DNA from: Chamaesiphon sp.
Lineage (GTDB): Bacteria > Cyanobacteriota > Cyanobacteriia > Cyanobacteriales > Chamaesiphonaceae
Reading direction: 5' to 3'
Assembly: GCA_965246715.1 (NCBI GenBank)
Contig: CBDFFH010000015.1
Span: 288,001-352,000, forward strand
Length of the DNA stretch: 64,000 nucleotides
How positions within the stretch are numbered: position 1 is the first letter of the stretch; each line of letters starts with the position of its first letter. Shown here in pieces: positions 41,838 through 53,477 of this stretch. The notes beneath the pieces were generated by a model. That model did no database searches. It saw nothing but the letters and a program-made list of their open reading frames with translations, and was not told the origin of the DNA. A program made the translations under genes and the position numbers.

Positions 41838-42186
41838 CTCATTACAAAGCAAGCGACAGGGTGGTGTAGTCGACTTACTATCTTTACACTTCAATTTAGT
41901 TAATTCCTAGGGAAATTGGGGAAGTTAATAATAACTTAAGTGAAACTTAAATTGAGATCGGTTGAAATAGTTGCGTTCGTTGCACACCAGGCGATACCAT
42001 CGGATGTTAAATATCTATTAGCTATACCACTCGAGCGAAATCAATCGTTCCAAGTGGCTGAAAATTAATTGCCAGAAGTGCAAAGCTTCCTGCTTATCAA
42101 AAGTTCGATCTGTGTTCGATCGAATCCAAGATTGGCTCGATGTCAAAAATTACGAATTTCTTTGGGACGATCGATCGACAATAAAG

Positions 42187-45100
42187 ATGATGACAAACCG
42201 AAAAAATAGCCGCAGACGTGGTGCGATTTTAACTGCTGTGGGTTATCAAAAACTGCAAGCAGCCAGAAGCGAATCAGAACAAGTCAATAATTTTGGAGAT
42301 CGGTATACAAATGAAGAACTCGCGAAACTGATAGGACTTTCGCTCAAGACGATTGCCAAACTATTTGGCCGTACAGCTAATTTGGGAACACAGCACCAAG
42401 TTGCGGTAGACAAACAAACGCTAGAGCTGTGTTTTGCGGCTTTTAATTTAGGGTTGGAGCGCACTGACTATCTGTATCCAGGAAATTTCGAGATAGCAGA
42501 TCGGGTAGAACCCAGTCAAATTATTGAGTCAGCGGCGATGACGATCGAGCCTCAAGTGCGATCTGTCGATGCAGATTTAGCTGTGGATTATGGTGAAGCG
42601 CCAGATGTATCGATATTTTTTGGGCGAGTAGCTGAATTAACCAAATTAAGCCGCTGGGTAACAGCAGATCGCTGTAAGCTTGTCGTCATTTTGGGTATGG
42701 GGGGCATCGGCAAAACTGCTTTAGTCACCAAACTGGCACGACAACTGCAGCCACAATTTACCATCACAGTGTGGCGATCGCTCCGGAATGCGCCATTGCT
42801 GACAACTTTGTTGCCCGAATTAATTCAGATCTTCTCGCAGCATACCGAAACTGTCGATCCCAATTTAGAAATCTCCGCACAGATTTCGCGATTACTTTAC
42901 TATTTTGCTGGCGAGCGCTGTTTGTTGGCTTTGGATAATGCCGAGGCAATTATCCAAAGCCAAGGTGAAACTGACGACGAAAGCCCCGAATATTCCGGCT
43001 ATGTAGAATTGCTACGCCGCATTGGTGGTTCGCCCCATCAAAGTTGTCTGTTGCTAACCAGCAGGGAAAAGCCAGCCGTAATCGTACCATTGGAAGGAAA
43101 GCGTTTAGCAGTGCGGACATTCGTGCTGCCAGGACTTACCACCGCAGATAGTGAGAACTTATTCAATGCTAAGGGTGTATCGATGTCGATCGCTGGTCGA
43201 TCGCGATTGGTAGAAATCTATAGTGGCAATCCGATGGCGCTGAATATTGTTGCGACCTCGATCTGCGATTTGTTTGCTGGCGACATCGATGAATTTTTGG
43301 CGACAGAAGTTACGATCTTTAGCGAGATCGAGCAATTGCTCGATCGGCAATTCGACAGGCTTTCCCCCACAGAAAGTGTCGTGATGTATTGGTTGACGAT
43401 CGAGCGAGCGGCCGTCTCGCCAACTAATCTACATCCGCAAATCGTGCCTACGACTACTAGAGCGCGCCTGCTGGCAGCATTAGATTCCTTGAGTAGACAC
43501 TCGCTCATCGAACGTAGCGATGGCAAATTTACCCAGCAATCGGTGGTGATGGAATATATGACTGCTCGCTTTATCGATCGCGTGTGTCGGGAGCTTGTCG
43601 CATGGGATCTCGCGGCTGAGCGCCCCCAGCAATTACCCTTATGGCTGAGCTATCCCTGGCTCAGAGCACAGTCGCCAGAATATATCCACGCGATCCAAAC
43701 CCGACTGATCCTCAAGCCGATCGCCTGTCAATTACAATTGCAGTCTGGGAATAAAGCAGCATTAGCAGAGCGGATTAAAGTGATTCTCGCCAGCTTACAA
43801 GTACATTATCGGGATGTCGTACATTATGGTGGCGGAAATATCATCAATCTGCTCCAGTACTTGCAAATCGATCTAACGGGGTACAACTTTGCCAACTTAC
43901 CGATGTGGCAAGCCAATCTCCAAGGTGCTGTGTTGCACGATGTGAATTTTAGCGGTGCCGACCTCTCTCGATCTCATTTCACTCAAAACTTTGGCGGAAT
44001 TTTTGCCTTAGCGGTAAGTCCAGACAATCGCTTTGTCGTCATGGGCGAGTATAGCGGTAATTTATATCTTTGGCAGATCCAGAGCAAGCAACTCCAGCAC
44101 AAGCTGGTGGGACATACCAATTGGATTTGGTCGGTAGCCTTCAGCCGGGACGGTCGGACGCTCGCCAGTGCTAGCCAAGATGGCACAGTCCGACTTTGGG
44201 ATCCGACCACTGGCGAGATCGATCGGGTGCTCCAAGTTGATAGCTATCAAGTGTTGTCGTTAGCCTTTAGTCCGGTGGCTATCAACCTGCTGACCGGTAA
44301 CGAATCAGTCTTGGCTACAGCACATGGGAATGGCCAGATTCGACTGTGGAATGTCGCGACTGGCGAAACGATCCGGACGATTACTGCCCATCCCAGACAA
44401 GTATTCTCGGTCAGGTTTAGTCCCGATGGCAAACTGCTAGCATCGGGTAGCGACGATCGGACGGTGAAAATTTGGGATGCTAGCACTGGCGACTGTTTGC
44501 AGACCATTAGCATCCATACCAAGCGCGTGTGGTCGGTGAGATTCAGTCCCGATGGTAAGTTACTCGCCACCTGTAGCGGCGATGGGACGATTAAAATTTG
44601 GAATGTCGAGACCTGGACTGTACTGCACACGCTCACTGGCTATCGCGATTGGATTTTTGCGGTTTGTTTTAGTCCCGATAGTCACATGTTGGCGACGGCT
44701 AGTAGCGGCCATGTCGTGAAAGTTTGGGATCTGCGTACCAATCAAAAAATCTGCACTTTACGCGGACATACTACTTGGGTCTCGACACTCCAATTTAGTC
44801 CTGATGGCAACTTATTAGTCACTGGCAGCGGCGATCGCTCGGTGCGATTGTGGGATACTCACACTTGGCAAGAATTACACTGCTGGCAGGGTTATACCAA
44901 TTGGCTCGAGTCGGTGGTATTCGATCCGACGGGGACTCAGGTTGTCAGTGGCTCTCAAGATGGGATCGCGAGGGTGTGGGATGTCCAAACTGGCAAAATG
45001 CGTCAGACATTGACCGGACATCAGCAAGGTTTGTGGTCGGTTGATTATAGTCCCGATGGTAGATCGATAGCCACAGGGAGCGCCGATAGTACGGTCAAAT

Positions 45101-45894
45101 TATGGGATGCTCGATCGGGCGAACTAGTGCATACTTTCTCGGTCGAGCAGGGCGATGTGTGGCGGGTCAAATTTAGTCCCGACGGTCGGTTGCTAGCTGG
45201 GATCGGAATGGACAACACTGTCGTGTATTTATGGTCGCTAACGGGAGAATTGGTGACCACCTTGGTCGGACATACAAATGTCGTGCGAGCGATCGCGTTT
45301 AGTCCCGATCTTCAGCTATTGGCAACGGGTAGTTTTGATTCCTACTGGCGATTGTGGGATGTGGCAACCAGTCAGCTGCTGGGCTGTTATGCGGGACATA
45401 CTAATTGGATTTGGGATATCGCCTTCAGTCCAGATGGCAAGCTGCTAGCGAGTTGTAGTGCCGATCGCACTGTCCGGCTTTGGGATGTGGCGACAGGTAA
45501 CTGCTTACACATCTTTGAGGGGCATACTCAAGAGGTTGTCGCGGTGAAATTTAGTCCGAACGGGCGAGAGTTGGCAACCAGTAGCGGCGATCGCACGATT
45601 AAAATCTGGAAAATCGAGACAGGAAAAGTACTCCAGACCTTGAGCGAGCATCTCGATCGGGTTTTGTCGATCGGTTATAGTCCAGATGGTAAGTTATTAG
45701 TTAGTGGCAGTGCAGATGAAACTATTAAATTCTGGGATGTTGCTACAGGTAATTGTATCCTGACTTGCAAGCCGCCAGCACCATATCTGGGGATGAATAT
45801 TACGGGTGTAACTGGCTTGACGACTGCGGCGATTGAGTCGCTAAAAACTTTAGGCGCAGTTGTCGATGCGGAAGATCGATCGAGTCCATCCTAA
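42187..45894 (+). CDS. HTH + NB-ARC (STAND NTPase) + WD40 repeat protein, NLR-like (ORF extends to 42112)
   Basis: FFGRVAEL, GMGGIGKT Walker A, LLALDNAE Walker B, LLLTSRE, GNPMAL, short pentapeptide stretch, about 14 WD40 repeats. Confidence 0.93.
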   Translation: MMTNRKNSRRRGAILTAVGYQKLQAARSESEQVNNFGDRYTNEELAKLIGLSLKTIAKLFGRTANLGTQHQVAVDKQTLELCFAAFNLGLERTDYLYPGNFEIADRVEPSQIIESAAMTIEPQVRSVDADLAVDYGEAPDVSIFFGRVAELTKLSRWVTADRCKLVVILGMGGIGKTALVTKLARQLQPQFTITVWRSLRNAPLLTTLLPELIQIFSQHTETVDPNLEISAQISRLLYYFAGERCLLALDNAEAIIQSQGETDDESPEYSGYVELLRRIGGSPHQSCLLLTSREKPAVIVPLEGKRLAVRTFVLPGLTTADSENLFNAKGVSMSIAGRSRLVEIYSGNPMALNIVATSICDLFAGDIDEFLATEVTIFSEIEQLLDRQFDRLSPTESVVMYWLTIERAAVSPTNLHPQIVPTTTRARLLAALDSLSRHSLIERSDGKFTQQSVVMEYMTARFIDRVCRELVAWDLAAERPQQLPLWLSYPWLRAQSPEYIHAIQTRLILKPIACQLQLQSGNKAALAERIKVILASLQVHYRDVVHYGGGNIINLLQYLQIDLTGYNFANLPMWQANLQGAVLHDVNFSGADLSRSHFTQNFGGIFALAVSPDNRFVVMGEYSGNLYLWQIQSKQLQHKLVGHTNWIWSVAFSRDGRTLASASQDGTVRLWDPTTGEIDRVLQVDSYQVLSLAFSPVAINLLTGNESVLATAHGNGQIRLWNVATGETIRTITAHPRQVFSVRFSPDGKLLASGSDDRTVKIWDASTGDCLQTISIHTKRVWSVRFSPDGKLLATCSGDGTIKIWNVETWTVLHTLTGYRDWIFAVCFSPDSHMLATASSGHVVKVWDLRTNQKICTLRGHTTWVSTLQFSPDGNLLVTGSGDRSVRLWDTHTWQELHCWQGYTNWLESVVFDPTGTQVVSGSQDGIARVWDVQTGKMRQTLTGHQQGLWSVDYSPDGRSIATGSADSTVKLWDARSGELVHTFSVEQGDVWRVKFSPDGRLLAGIGMDNTVVYLWSLTGELVTTLVGHTNVVRAIAFSPDLQLLATGSFDSYWRLWDVATSQLLGCYAGHTNWIWDIAFSPDGKLLASCSADRTVRLWDVATGNCLHIFEGHTQEVVAVKFSPNGRELATSSGDRTIKIWKIETGKVLQTLSEHLDRVLSIGYSPDGKLLVSGSADETIKFWDVATGNCILTCKPPAPYLGMNITGVTGLTTAAIESLKTLGAVVDAEDRSSPS

Positions 45895-46088
45895 AGTGAT
45901 ACCAATTTAAAAAAACGATCCAGACAGATAGATGCTCGAATCCAGAGACAGCAAGGTTTCCCCAATCCAAAATCCAAAATGGTATGAATATTGCCAGATT
46001 TTGGCCGATGACGAGGAGAGTGCTTACGAAAAATCGATACGTTAGTGATTACGACAATAACGTATCGATCGACAAACACAGCTAAAAA

Positions 46089-47454
46089 TTAAGCAGCCTT
46101 ACTCAAGATCTTGGCAACAACAGTCATCGTTGCCTCATACAGCAAATCCCGTCCCCAGCGTTGGAGATACTCAGCCATCAAATCCTCAGCATTTCGCTCT
46201 GATAGCGAGTTTACCTGATCCACCCGTGCCGATTGAGTGCCACCGCGTGTCTCCATCTGCATACAACCAGCCACCTCCGAACAGAGGACTGTGCTACAGT
46301 TGGCTTTGGGATTGGTGGAGAGGAGCCTGATCCCCATGATATCGCCAGGAATCTCACCCGCATCTGCAGTCGGCATTCCAGCTAATTCGGTGTGAATTTT
46401 CCGGCCATCAGGAGCGACGAAATCAACTTCGCGGAGGTCGTAGTCGCCACCTGAATGAGTATAGCTGACGACTTCCCATTGAAGACGACTGGAGAGCCAA
46501 CCGAGGAACATGATTGCTTGAGCGGGATTACCTTTCTCATAATTGACATCTACTCGATCGATCTCGGTGATATCTTTGCGTCTAGCTGGGGGATCGAACG
46601 CTTCTGCCGTCAATTCTTGCCAAGCTGATACTCGCCGCCAATTGAGATCGATGACGGGAATTCCGCGATCGAGAATACCCGTGTAAATGTAATAACTCAT
46701 CTTCCGCAGCTTTAAATTCGGCTGAGTCGAAAATGACCGAATGTGCTCGATGGGATAACTGTTGGAATAATTGGGTATCAGGTGCAGGGGTGTCTTTCCA
46801 CCACAAGAATCTGGGTAAGTCGGCAACAGCTAGATTCGCAATACTCTCACCATTACGTTCTAGGGCTTCTGGAGTGCCCCGTAGGGTGATATATTCGCTA
46901 CAAACTAATGTATGCAGCAATTGCTTTTTCATCGGGCCATATACCGACACTTGCGCCCCGACGCCAAGATCTTCGCCTGCTACGGGACAGATTGTAATAA
47001 TGCGACGAGGATTGGTATTAGCGATCGCATCTGTGACTACATAGCCACGATGATCGACATCTTTTTCGACAGCGATCGATTGGGTATCGTGGGTGGCGAC
47101 GATGCGATCGTGATAAGCCGCCTGAATCTTACTCATCGTATCGAGATCGAGTTTGCCAGTCACTGGTAATTTATAAGCTTCTTGGGCTGCTTTAATTGCT
47201 TTAGCCTGAGCTGGCCCAAAAATCCCATCGATCGGACCGTCGTAGAAGCCCAATAAGGCTAACATATGCTGAGTGGGTTCTGGCTCGTAGACGAGCAAAG
47301 TAAAGGTAGTGGCTTGAGTCGCCACGATCGCATCTTCTTTTTGATTCTCTGGTTGATAGTCCTTCCAGATCTGATTTAGTTCGTTTTCGATCTCTGTCAC
47401 CGATACATCTTTGGGCGCACGCAGTGAGACAATAGGCGGCGATTGGATACTCAT
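46089..47454 (-). CDS. opcA: G6PDH assembly protein OpcA, +1 frameshift at 46678-46680
   Basis: Removing one base gives LLHLHGILDRGIPVIDLNWRR; sits downstream of zwf. Confidence 0.88.
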
Positions 47455-47458
47455 AATT

Positions 47459-47505
47459 TAGGGGATAGGGTATAGGGAAGGGATTGGGGATTGGGGATTG
47501 GGGGG
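47459..47505. repeat. Short tandem heptamer (STRR-like) repeats; similar tracts at about 17327-17354, 23126-23143, 49080-49137, 54326-54348
   Basis: ggggatt/ggggata and ccactaa/gccacta iterations in intergenic spaces. Confidence 0.7.
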
Positions 47506-47539
47506 TGTTTTTCGATCCGCAATCCCTAATCCAAAATCT

Positions 47540-49070
47540 TTAGAATCTGTGCCAAGATCTACCATCATCATTGATTAAGTCTTCCGCTTCTAGTGGGCCT
47601 CCAGTGCCAGCCTCATACAACGGGATCGAATCTGGGTTGGTATCTGCCTCCCATGCCGATAACGCTGGTGTAACGATCCGCCAGGCTTCCTCGACTTCGT
47701 CCGATCGCGTAAACAACGTCTGATCGCCTAGCATACAGTCGATTAAGAGTCGATCGTATGCATCGGAAGACTTTACTCCAAAGGCCGATTGGTAACTAAA
47801 ATCCATATCTACCGTGCGGGTACGGAGATCGGCACCAGGCATCTTGGCATCAAATTGGAGGGAGACACCTTCATTGGGATAAACCTGGATCGTGAGAATA
47901 TTTGGGTTGGCTTGACGGGTACCAGAGGGGAAGATCAACCACGGTACTTCTTTAAATTGCACGGCGATTTCTGAAACCTTTTTCGGTAAGCGTTTGCCAG
48001 TCCGCAAGTAGAACGGTACGCCTTTCCATCGCCAGTTATCGACCATAAATTTCATGGCGACGAAACTATTCGTGACTGAACCAGGGGCGACTCCAGGTTC
48101 TTCGCGATAACCTGGAATCGGTTCGCCTTTCATCCAGCCTGCTTTGTATTGACCGCGAATTGCCGATCGATTGAGATCGTTGAGATCTGCTAGCCGAGTT
48201 GCTTCTAATACTTTAACTTTCTCTGTCCGAATCGAGTCGGCATCGAGCGAATTTGGCGGCTCCATCGCTGTCAGGCAGAATACTTGCATCAGGTGGTTTT
48301 GAATCATATCCCGCAGTGCGCCAGCGGACTCATAATAACCTGCCCGGTCTTCGACTCCCACAGTTTCCGCAACGGTAATCTGAACGTGATCGACATAATT
48401 GCGATTCCAGAGGGGTTCGAAGATCGCATTGGCAAATCGCAATACCAACAGATTTTGGACGGTTTCTTTGCCCAGATAGTGGTCGATCCGGTAAACTTGT
48501 TGCTCCTGACAATGCTGTCTCACCACCCGATTTAAGACTCTCGCAGAACTCAAATCTCGCCCGAAGGGTTTCTCGATCATCAAGCGATCTTTTTGCGGAT
48601 CGCTTAACATCCCCGCCCCACCTAATTGCTTGATGGCTTCGGGGAAGAAATTGGGCGCGACGGAGAGATAGAAAACGCGATTGCCCATCGTCCGCCGCTC
48701 GGTATCGACTTCGCTGAGGAAGGATTTGAGTTTTTGATAGCTTTCGGGTTTGTCGATGTCACCGGAACAGTAATATAGTCCCTTGGCAAATTCGTTCCAA
48801 GCGGTTTCGTCTTGGATCCCATTACCAAATTCTTCGATCCCCTGTTTGGAGTGGTCTCGGAAGTATTCATTAGTCCACTCGCGCCGTGCGACACCCACGA
48901 TCGTGATTTCGGGAGGTAATCGGCGATCGAGTCGCATTTGATAGAGGGCCAGGGATCAGTTTGCGATGGGTGAGATCTCCCGATGCGCCGAAGATGGTGA
49001 GAATCTGAGGTTCGGGGACGCGTTCTTGGCGTAAGCCTTGGCGGAAGGGGTTTTCGAGGAGATCGAGCAT
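47540..49070 (-). CDS. zwf: Glucose-6-phosphate 1-dehydrogenase, +1 frameshift at 48949-48950
   Basis: IFGASGDL; removing one base gives [25 protein letters not shown]. Confidence 0.92.
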
Positions 49071-49221
49071 TTATGATACAGGAGATAGGGGATAGGGAAT
49101 AGAGGTTAGGGATAGGGTACAGGGAATAGGGTTAGGGTTTGACGCGCAAAGCTCGTTATCGAGCCAATGCATTACTCATCCCACCTAATTTCTCAATCCC
49201 GATCCCCGATCCCCTAATCGA

Positions 49222-50376
49222 TTAAGCTGGAGTCAATGCCTTGATTTTCTCATCGAGAGATTTCGTTAAGGAGTCAAACGGTTTGACAAATTTGTCGATC
49301 CCGTCGAGTAATAATTCCACCATTACCGACTCTAAATCGATCTTAATATCAGGATCTTTGAGACTGGCGATGAGGCGATAAGCTTCATCCACTCCAGCTT
49401 CGATGCGGCTAGCCGGATCGCAATGATCGGCACAGGCTTCGATCGTGGCTGGTGGTAATGTATTGACGGTATCGTTGCCGACTAAGCCATCGACATACAT
49501 TACATCGCTGTAGCTGGGGTCTTTGGTACCAGTACTCGCCCAGAGTAGCCGTTGAACGCGTGCGCCTTTAGCTGCTAGTGCTTGCCAGCGATCGGTAGCC
49601 ACGATCTTCTTGTATTCTTGATAAGCAACTTTAGCGTTGGCGATCGCGATTTTTCCTTTGAGGGCGGCGATTTTTTCGGCTTTAGTCTGGTCGGTGAGAT
49701 TTTTGAGTAGGTTGTCTAGTTTAGCATCGATATTAGTATCGATCCGGCTGAGGAAAAAGCTTGCCACGGACGAAATATTGCTAATATCTTCACCTTTGGC
49801 AGCGCGAACTTCTAATCCTTCAATATATGCCCAAGCACAAGCAACATAACTTTCGACTGAGAATAGCAAGGTGACATTAACGCTAATCCCATCACTGATT
49901 ACCTGTTTGACTGCTGGCAAACCTTTGAGCGTACCAGGAATCTTGATCATCACATTCGGTCGATCGATCTCTCCATAATAACGCCGCGCTTCCGTAATCG
50001 TACTCTCGGTATTATCGGCCAGTGCGGGCGGGACTTCGATACTGACATAACCATCGATCCCCTTCGTCTCATCGTAGACGGGGCGTAAGATGTCGCAAGC
50101 ATGGCGAATATCTGTAAAGATCAATGATTCGTAAATCTCGACAAGCGATTTACCTGCTTTCACGCCCTCGACGATTTGGGCATCGTATACAGCATTCCCC
50201 GCGATTGCTTTCTCAAAAATCGCCGGATTAGACGTGATCCCCAATACGCCGCGAGTTTTCATCAGTTCGGCGAGTTCGCCAGAGTTGATAATATCTCGGC
50301 TTAAGTTATCCATCCAGATACTTTGACCGTATTCATTCTCGATCGTCAATAAGGGATTTTGGACTGATGCTGCCAT
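49222..50376 (-). CDS. tal: Transaldolase
   Basis: GITSNPAIFEKA, VMIKIPGT, RLLWASTGTK. Confidence 0.97.
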   Translation of the reverse strand: MAASVQNPLLTIENEYGQSIWMDNLSRDIINSGELAELMKTRGVLGITSNPAIFEKAIAGNAVYDAQIVEGVKAGKSLVEIYESLIFTDIRHACDILRPVYDETKGIDGYVSIEVPPALADNTESTITEARRYYGEIDRPNVMIKIPGTLKGLPAVKQVISDGISVNVTLLFSVESYVACAWAYIEGLEVRAAKGEDISNISSVASFFLSRIDTNIDAKLDNLLKNLTDQTKAEKIAALKGKIAIANAKVAYQEYKKIVATDRWQALAAKGARVQRLLWASTGTKDPSYSDVMYVDGLVGNDTVNTLPPATIEACADHCDPASRIEAGVDEAYRLIASLKDPDIKIDLESVMVELLLDGIDKFVKPFDSLTKSLDEKIKALTPA

Positions 50377-50642
50377 GATTTTATTTACTCCAATAGGTAT
50401 AGACTATCGATCGTTTTCAAAGGTGAAACTGTAGCGAATAGATCTCGTTAACCAACGAATATCCCATCCTCCGCAAACCCTCCTTGCGCCTCTTTACTAG
50501 ATTCACTTTTTCGTTGGGAAACCCGACAAGCGCGAACCACCGTGTTACAACAAATGCCACACATCATGACTAAAATTCTCGATCGTCACTTTATCAGGTT
50601 GGCACATTCTAGCCGATCGAGTTTCAAGCTGCTGTTGTGGAT

Positions 50643-51686
50643 TTAGCCATCGCCGCTCACATAAGATTCAACTAAAGCTACATCGTCTTTACTCCCAATT
50701 ATCAACGGCGTGCGGGCGTGAATCTTCTGAGGAACCACAGCTAAGATATCTTGAGTACCCGTACTCGCCCGTCCGCCAGCTTGTTCGATTAAGAATGCTA
50801 GGGGTGCAGATTCATACAACAGCCGCAGTTTTCCTTCGGGTTGTTTGGTAGTGCCGGGATAGAGAAATACACCACCCTGATAGAGAATCCGGTGGATATC
50901 TCCCACCAATGCCCCCGCATAACGCGCCGTATATCCAGGCTGAGCGTGAACATACTTAATATAATTGCGATAACCTTCCGACCATTGCCAGAAATTACCT
51001 TCATTTACACTATAAACCGATCCCCGATCGGGGATCCGAATCTGTTCGTCTGTCAGGATAAATTCACCCAAACTGGGGTCGAGCGTGAAGGAGTGTACGC
51101 CCGTCCCGATCGAGTAAACTAACATCGTACTCGCACCATACAGGATATACCCAGTCGCAATTTGCTTGCTGCCATCCTGAAGTAAATCCTGCGCCGTACC
51201 ATCGGTATCTTCGCCTTCCTGTTGGCGAATGGCAAAGATCGAGCCGACGCTGAGGTTCACATCGATATTCGAGGAACCATCGATCGGATCGAATACTAGT
51301 GTATACCGCCCGATCGAGCAATTTTCGGGGATGTAATAAGGTTTGTCCATCTCCTCTGACACCAGCCGACAGATTAAACCGCTCTGCTTGAAGACAGCGA
51401 TAAATACGTCATTGGCATAGAGATCCATCTTCTTGACAGATTCGCCTTGGACGTTGACATCGCCGGTAAATCCCAGCACTCCCGCCATCAATCCCGCCTG
51501 ACTCAACCGTCTGGCGATGAGTTTACCGGCGAGGGCGATCCGATTCATAATCGCACTCAAGTCTTGAGCCTCTGGCTCAAAGCTCTGCAATTGTTCGAGG
51601 ACGTGACGCGAGAGGGTAGTACAGTCGTGGTCTAAGTTGGGTTTAGTAGAGGGTAATGCTTCGTTATTTAATTGGGCGAGGTTCAT
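50643..51686 (-). CDS. fbp: Fructose-1,6-bisphosphatase class 1
   Basis: [19 protein letters not shown]. Confidence 0.97.
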   Translation of the reverse strand: MNLAQLNNEALPSTKPNLDHDCTTLSRHVLEQLQSFEPEAQDLSAIMNRIALAGKLIARRLSQAGLMAGVLGFTGDVNVQGESVKKMDLYANDVFIAVFKQSGLICRLVSEEMDKPYYIPENCSIGRYTLVFDPIDGSSNIDVNLSVGSIFAIRQQEGEDTDGTAQDLLQDGSKQIATGYILYGASTMLVYSIGTGVHSFTLDPSLGEFILTDEQIRIPDRGSVYSVNEGNFWQWSEGYRNYIKYVHAQPGYTARYAGALVGDIHRILYQGGVFLYPGTTKQPEGKLRLLYESAPLAFLIEQAGGRASTGTQDILAVVPQKIHARTPLIIGSKDDVALVESYVSGDG

Positions 51687-51871
51687 GATGCGGTTTGTCC
51701 CTCTAGATCTATCCCTATCTTAATCGGCAATGCTTAAGGAGCGGTGAAACCTTTACACTAACTCAATAAATTAGAATTTTTGTGAAGATATTTATCGAGA
51801 GCTGATGTAGATTCCAGGCAATACTCAGTTGAAGCATGTAGTGGCAATACCTCAGCCTACATTTATTGAGT

Positions 51872-53368
51872 CTAAGATACCAATGGATTGGAAATCTGGT
51901 GCGGGAGGATATCGGTAAATAAGTCGGTAAAGTGGCGAATTTTGTTTTCGACTTCTGCCCATTCTTCTTCAGCTTGAGAACCGCTGACGATGCCTGCACC
52001 TGCAAATAAGAATAGTCGATCGCCATCGACTAAACCCGAGCGAATGGCAACGGCAAATTCTGTATCGGGATAACTCACCCAACCCACGGGAGCCGCATAC
52101 CAGCCACGCTCGAAGGGTTCGAGTTTTTGGATCAGTTTTAGAGCTTGAGTCCTGGGGAAGCCGCCAACGGCGGGGGTAGGATGGAGCTGGGGCAAGATTT
52201 GGGCGTCATCGATCTCGGGTTTTAAGACACCCTGACATTGAGTGTACAAATGTTGGACTTTATTGAGCTTGAGAATTGTCAACTGGGGAGCGATCGTCAC
52301 TCGATCGCACAGTTCGGTTAAGATTCCATGTAAGTTATCGACGACTAACTGATGCTCGCGCAGATCTTTAGCTGAATTCCGCAGATTATCGCTCAACTCC
52401 CGATCGAGTTGGCGCGATGCACCCCGATGGCGAGTTCCGGCGATGGCTTCAGTTGATAATACGCGATCGTGGCGATGATACAGTCGCTCTGGGGAAGTCC
52501 CGATAAATGCCGTAGTCGGATCGATTTGGAAGCAAAAATGATAACTGTGCGGATTGTGTGGTTGCAGCGCGAGTAATAGCGACTGTGGCTGTAAATAATC
52601 GGCAAATGTCAATATCGATTGGCGCGCTAAGACGATTTTGTCGATATTCAGTTCGGCAAATGTTGTTAAGGCAAAATCGATGTTTTGGTGCCACTCGTCG
52701 TAATTTGGGAGATCGAACCGATCGAGTAATAATGGTAAAACTGGTTCGGGTCGTTTGTTACCTAACGTTAAATCGAGTCGAGCTAATTCTTGTAAAATCA
52801 GTTCTAATTGTTGCGATCGTCGTTCATGGCGATCGAATGGTGAGTCGGCCACCGATTTAGCTCTAAAATTGCAGGCAAAATAAGTATCGTTGCCATCCGA
52901 GTAAATTTCAAATTTGGGAACGATAAATCGATAATTACCAAATAATTTCCAAGTCGGATCGCTCGTTCGCTCTCGATCGAACTCGATGCCGCCATAGTAA
53001 CGAACTTGCGGAAATAATGGCGATAAATTTTGTCTTAATTGCTGAAAAATAGTTGAATAGCTAATCGGTCGATCGTCACTAATCAGATCTACTAGTCCCA
53101 CTCCCGCCATCGTAAACTGCCCCGACCGATCCGACCAATATGTCTTGACATCTACTGATTGTCTGTCCAACCAACTCAATGGCGACAAGACTGAAACCTG
53201 CACCTCAATGCGCAAAATTTTACCCTCTATTTCTAGAGGGAGATCGAGATAATCGTACTTAAAGAAGTGACGAATCTGGGTGGCTATCTTCAGATACAGA
53301 TCGTGCTGTGGAAGTCGGCGATCTTCTGGTTGCAGCCCACTTAGAGAGTGGCTGGCAGTATCGGACAT
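51872..53368 (-). CDS. menF: Isochorismate synthase
   Basis: KIVLAR, GTSPERL, EAIAGT, LHPTPAVGG, RGWYAAPVG, FAGAGIV. Confidence 0.9.
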   Translation of the reverse strand: MSDTASHSLSGLQPEDRRLPQHDLYLKIATQIRHFFKYDYLDLPLEIEGKILRIEVQVSVLSPLSWLDRQSVDVKTYWSDRSGQFTMAGVGLVDLISDDRPISYSTIFQQLRQNLSPLFPQVRYYGGIEFDRERTSDPTWKLFGNYRFIVPKFEIYSDGNDTYFACNFRAKSVADSPFDRHERRSQQLELILQELARLDLTLGNKRPEPVLPLLLDRFDLPNYDEWHQNIDFALTTFAELNIDKIVLARQSILTFADYLQPQSLLLALQPHNPHSYHFCFQIDPTTAFIGTSPERLYHRHDRVLSTEAIAGTRHRGASRQLDRELSDNLRNSAKDLREHQLVVDNLHGILTELCDRVTIAPQLTILKLNKVQHLYTQCQGVLKPEIDDAQILPQLHPTPAVGGFPRTQALKLIQKLEPFERGWYAAPVGWVSYPDTEFAVAIRSGLVDGDRLFLFAGAGIVSGSQAEEEWAEVENKIRHFTDLFTDILPHQISNPLVS

Positions 53369-53477
53369 GACGATCGTAAATTGTGGATTGGACGATGTTG
53401 CACTTTATTCGGCAGCAACCGCCACGAGTTAAGCAACTCGTTTGTGCGCCTGATGAGCGACAAGGAAAAATAATTGT

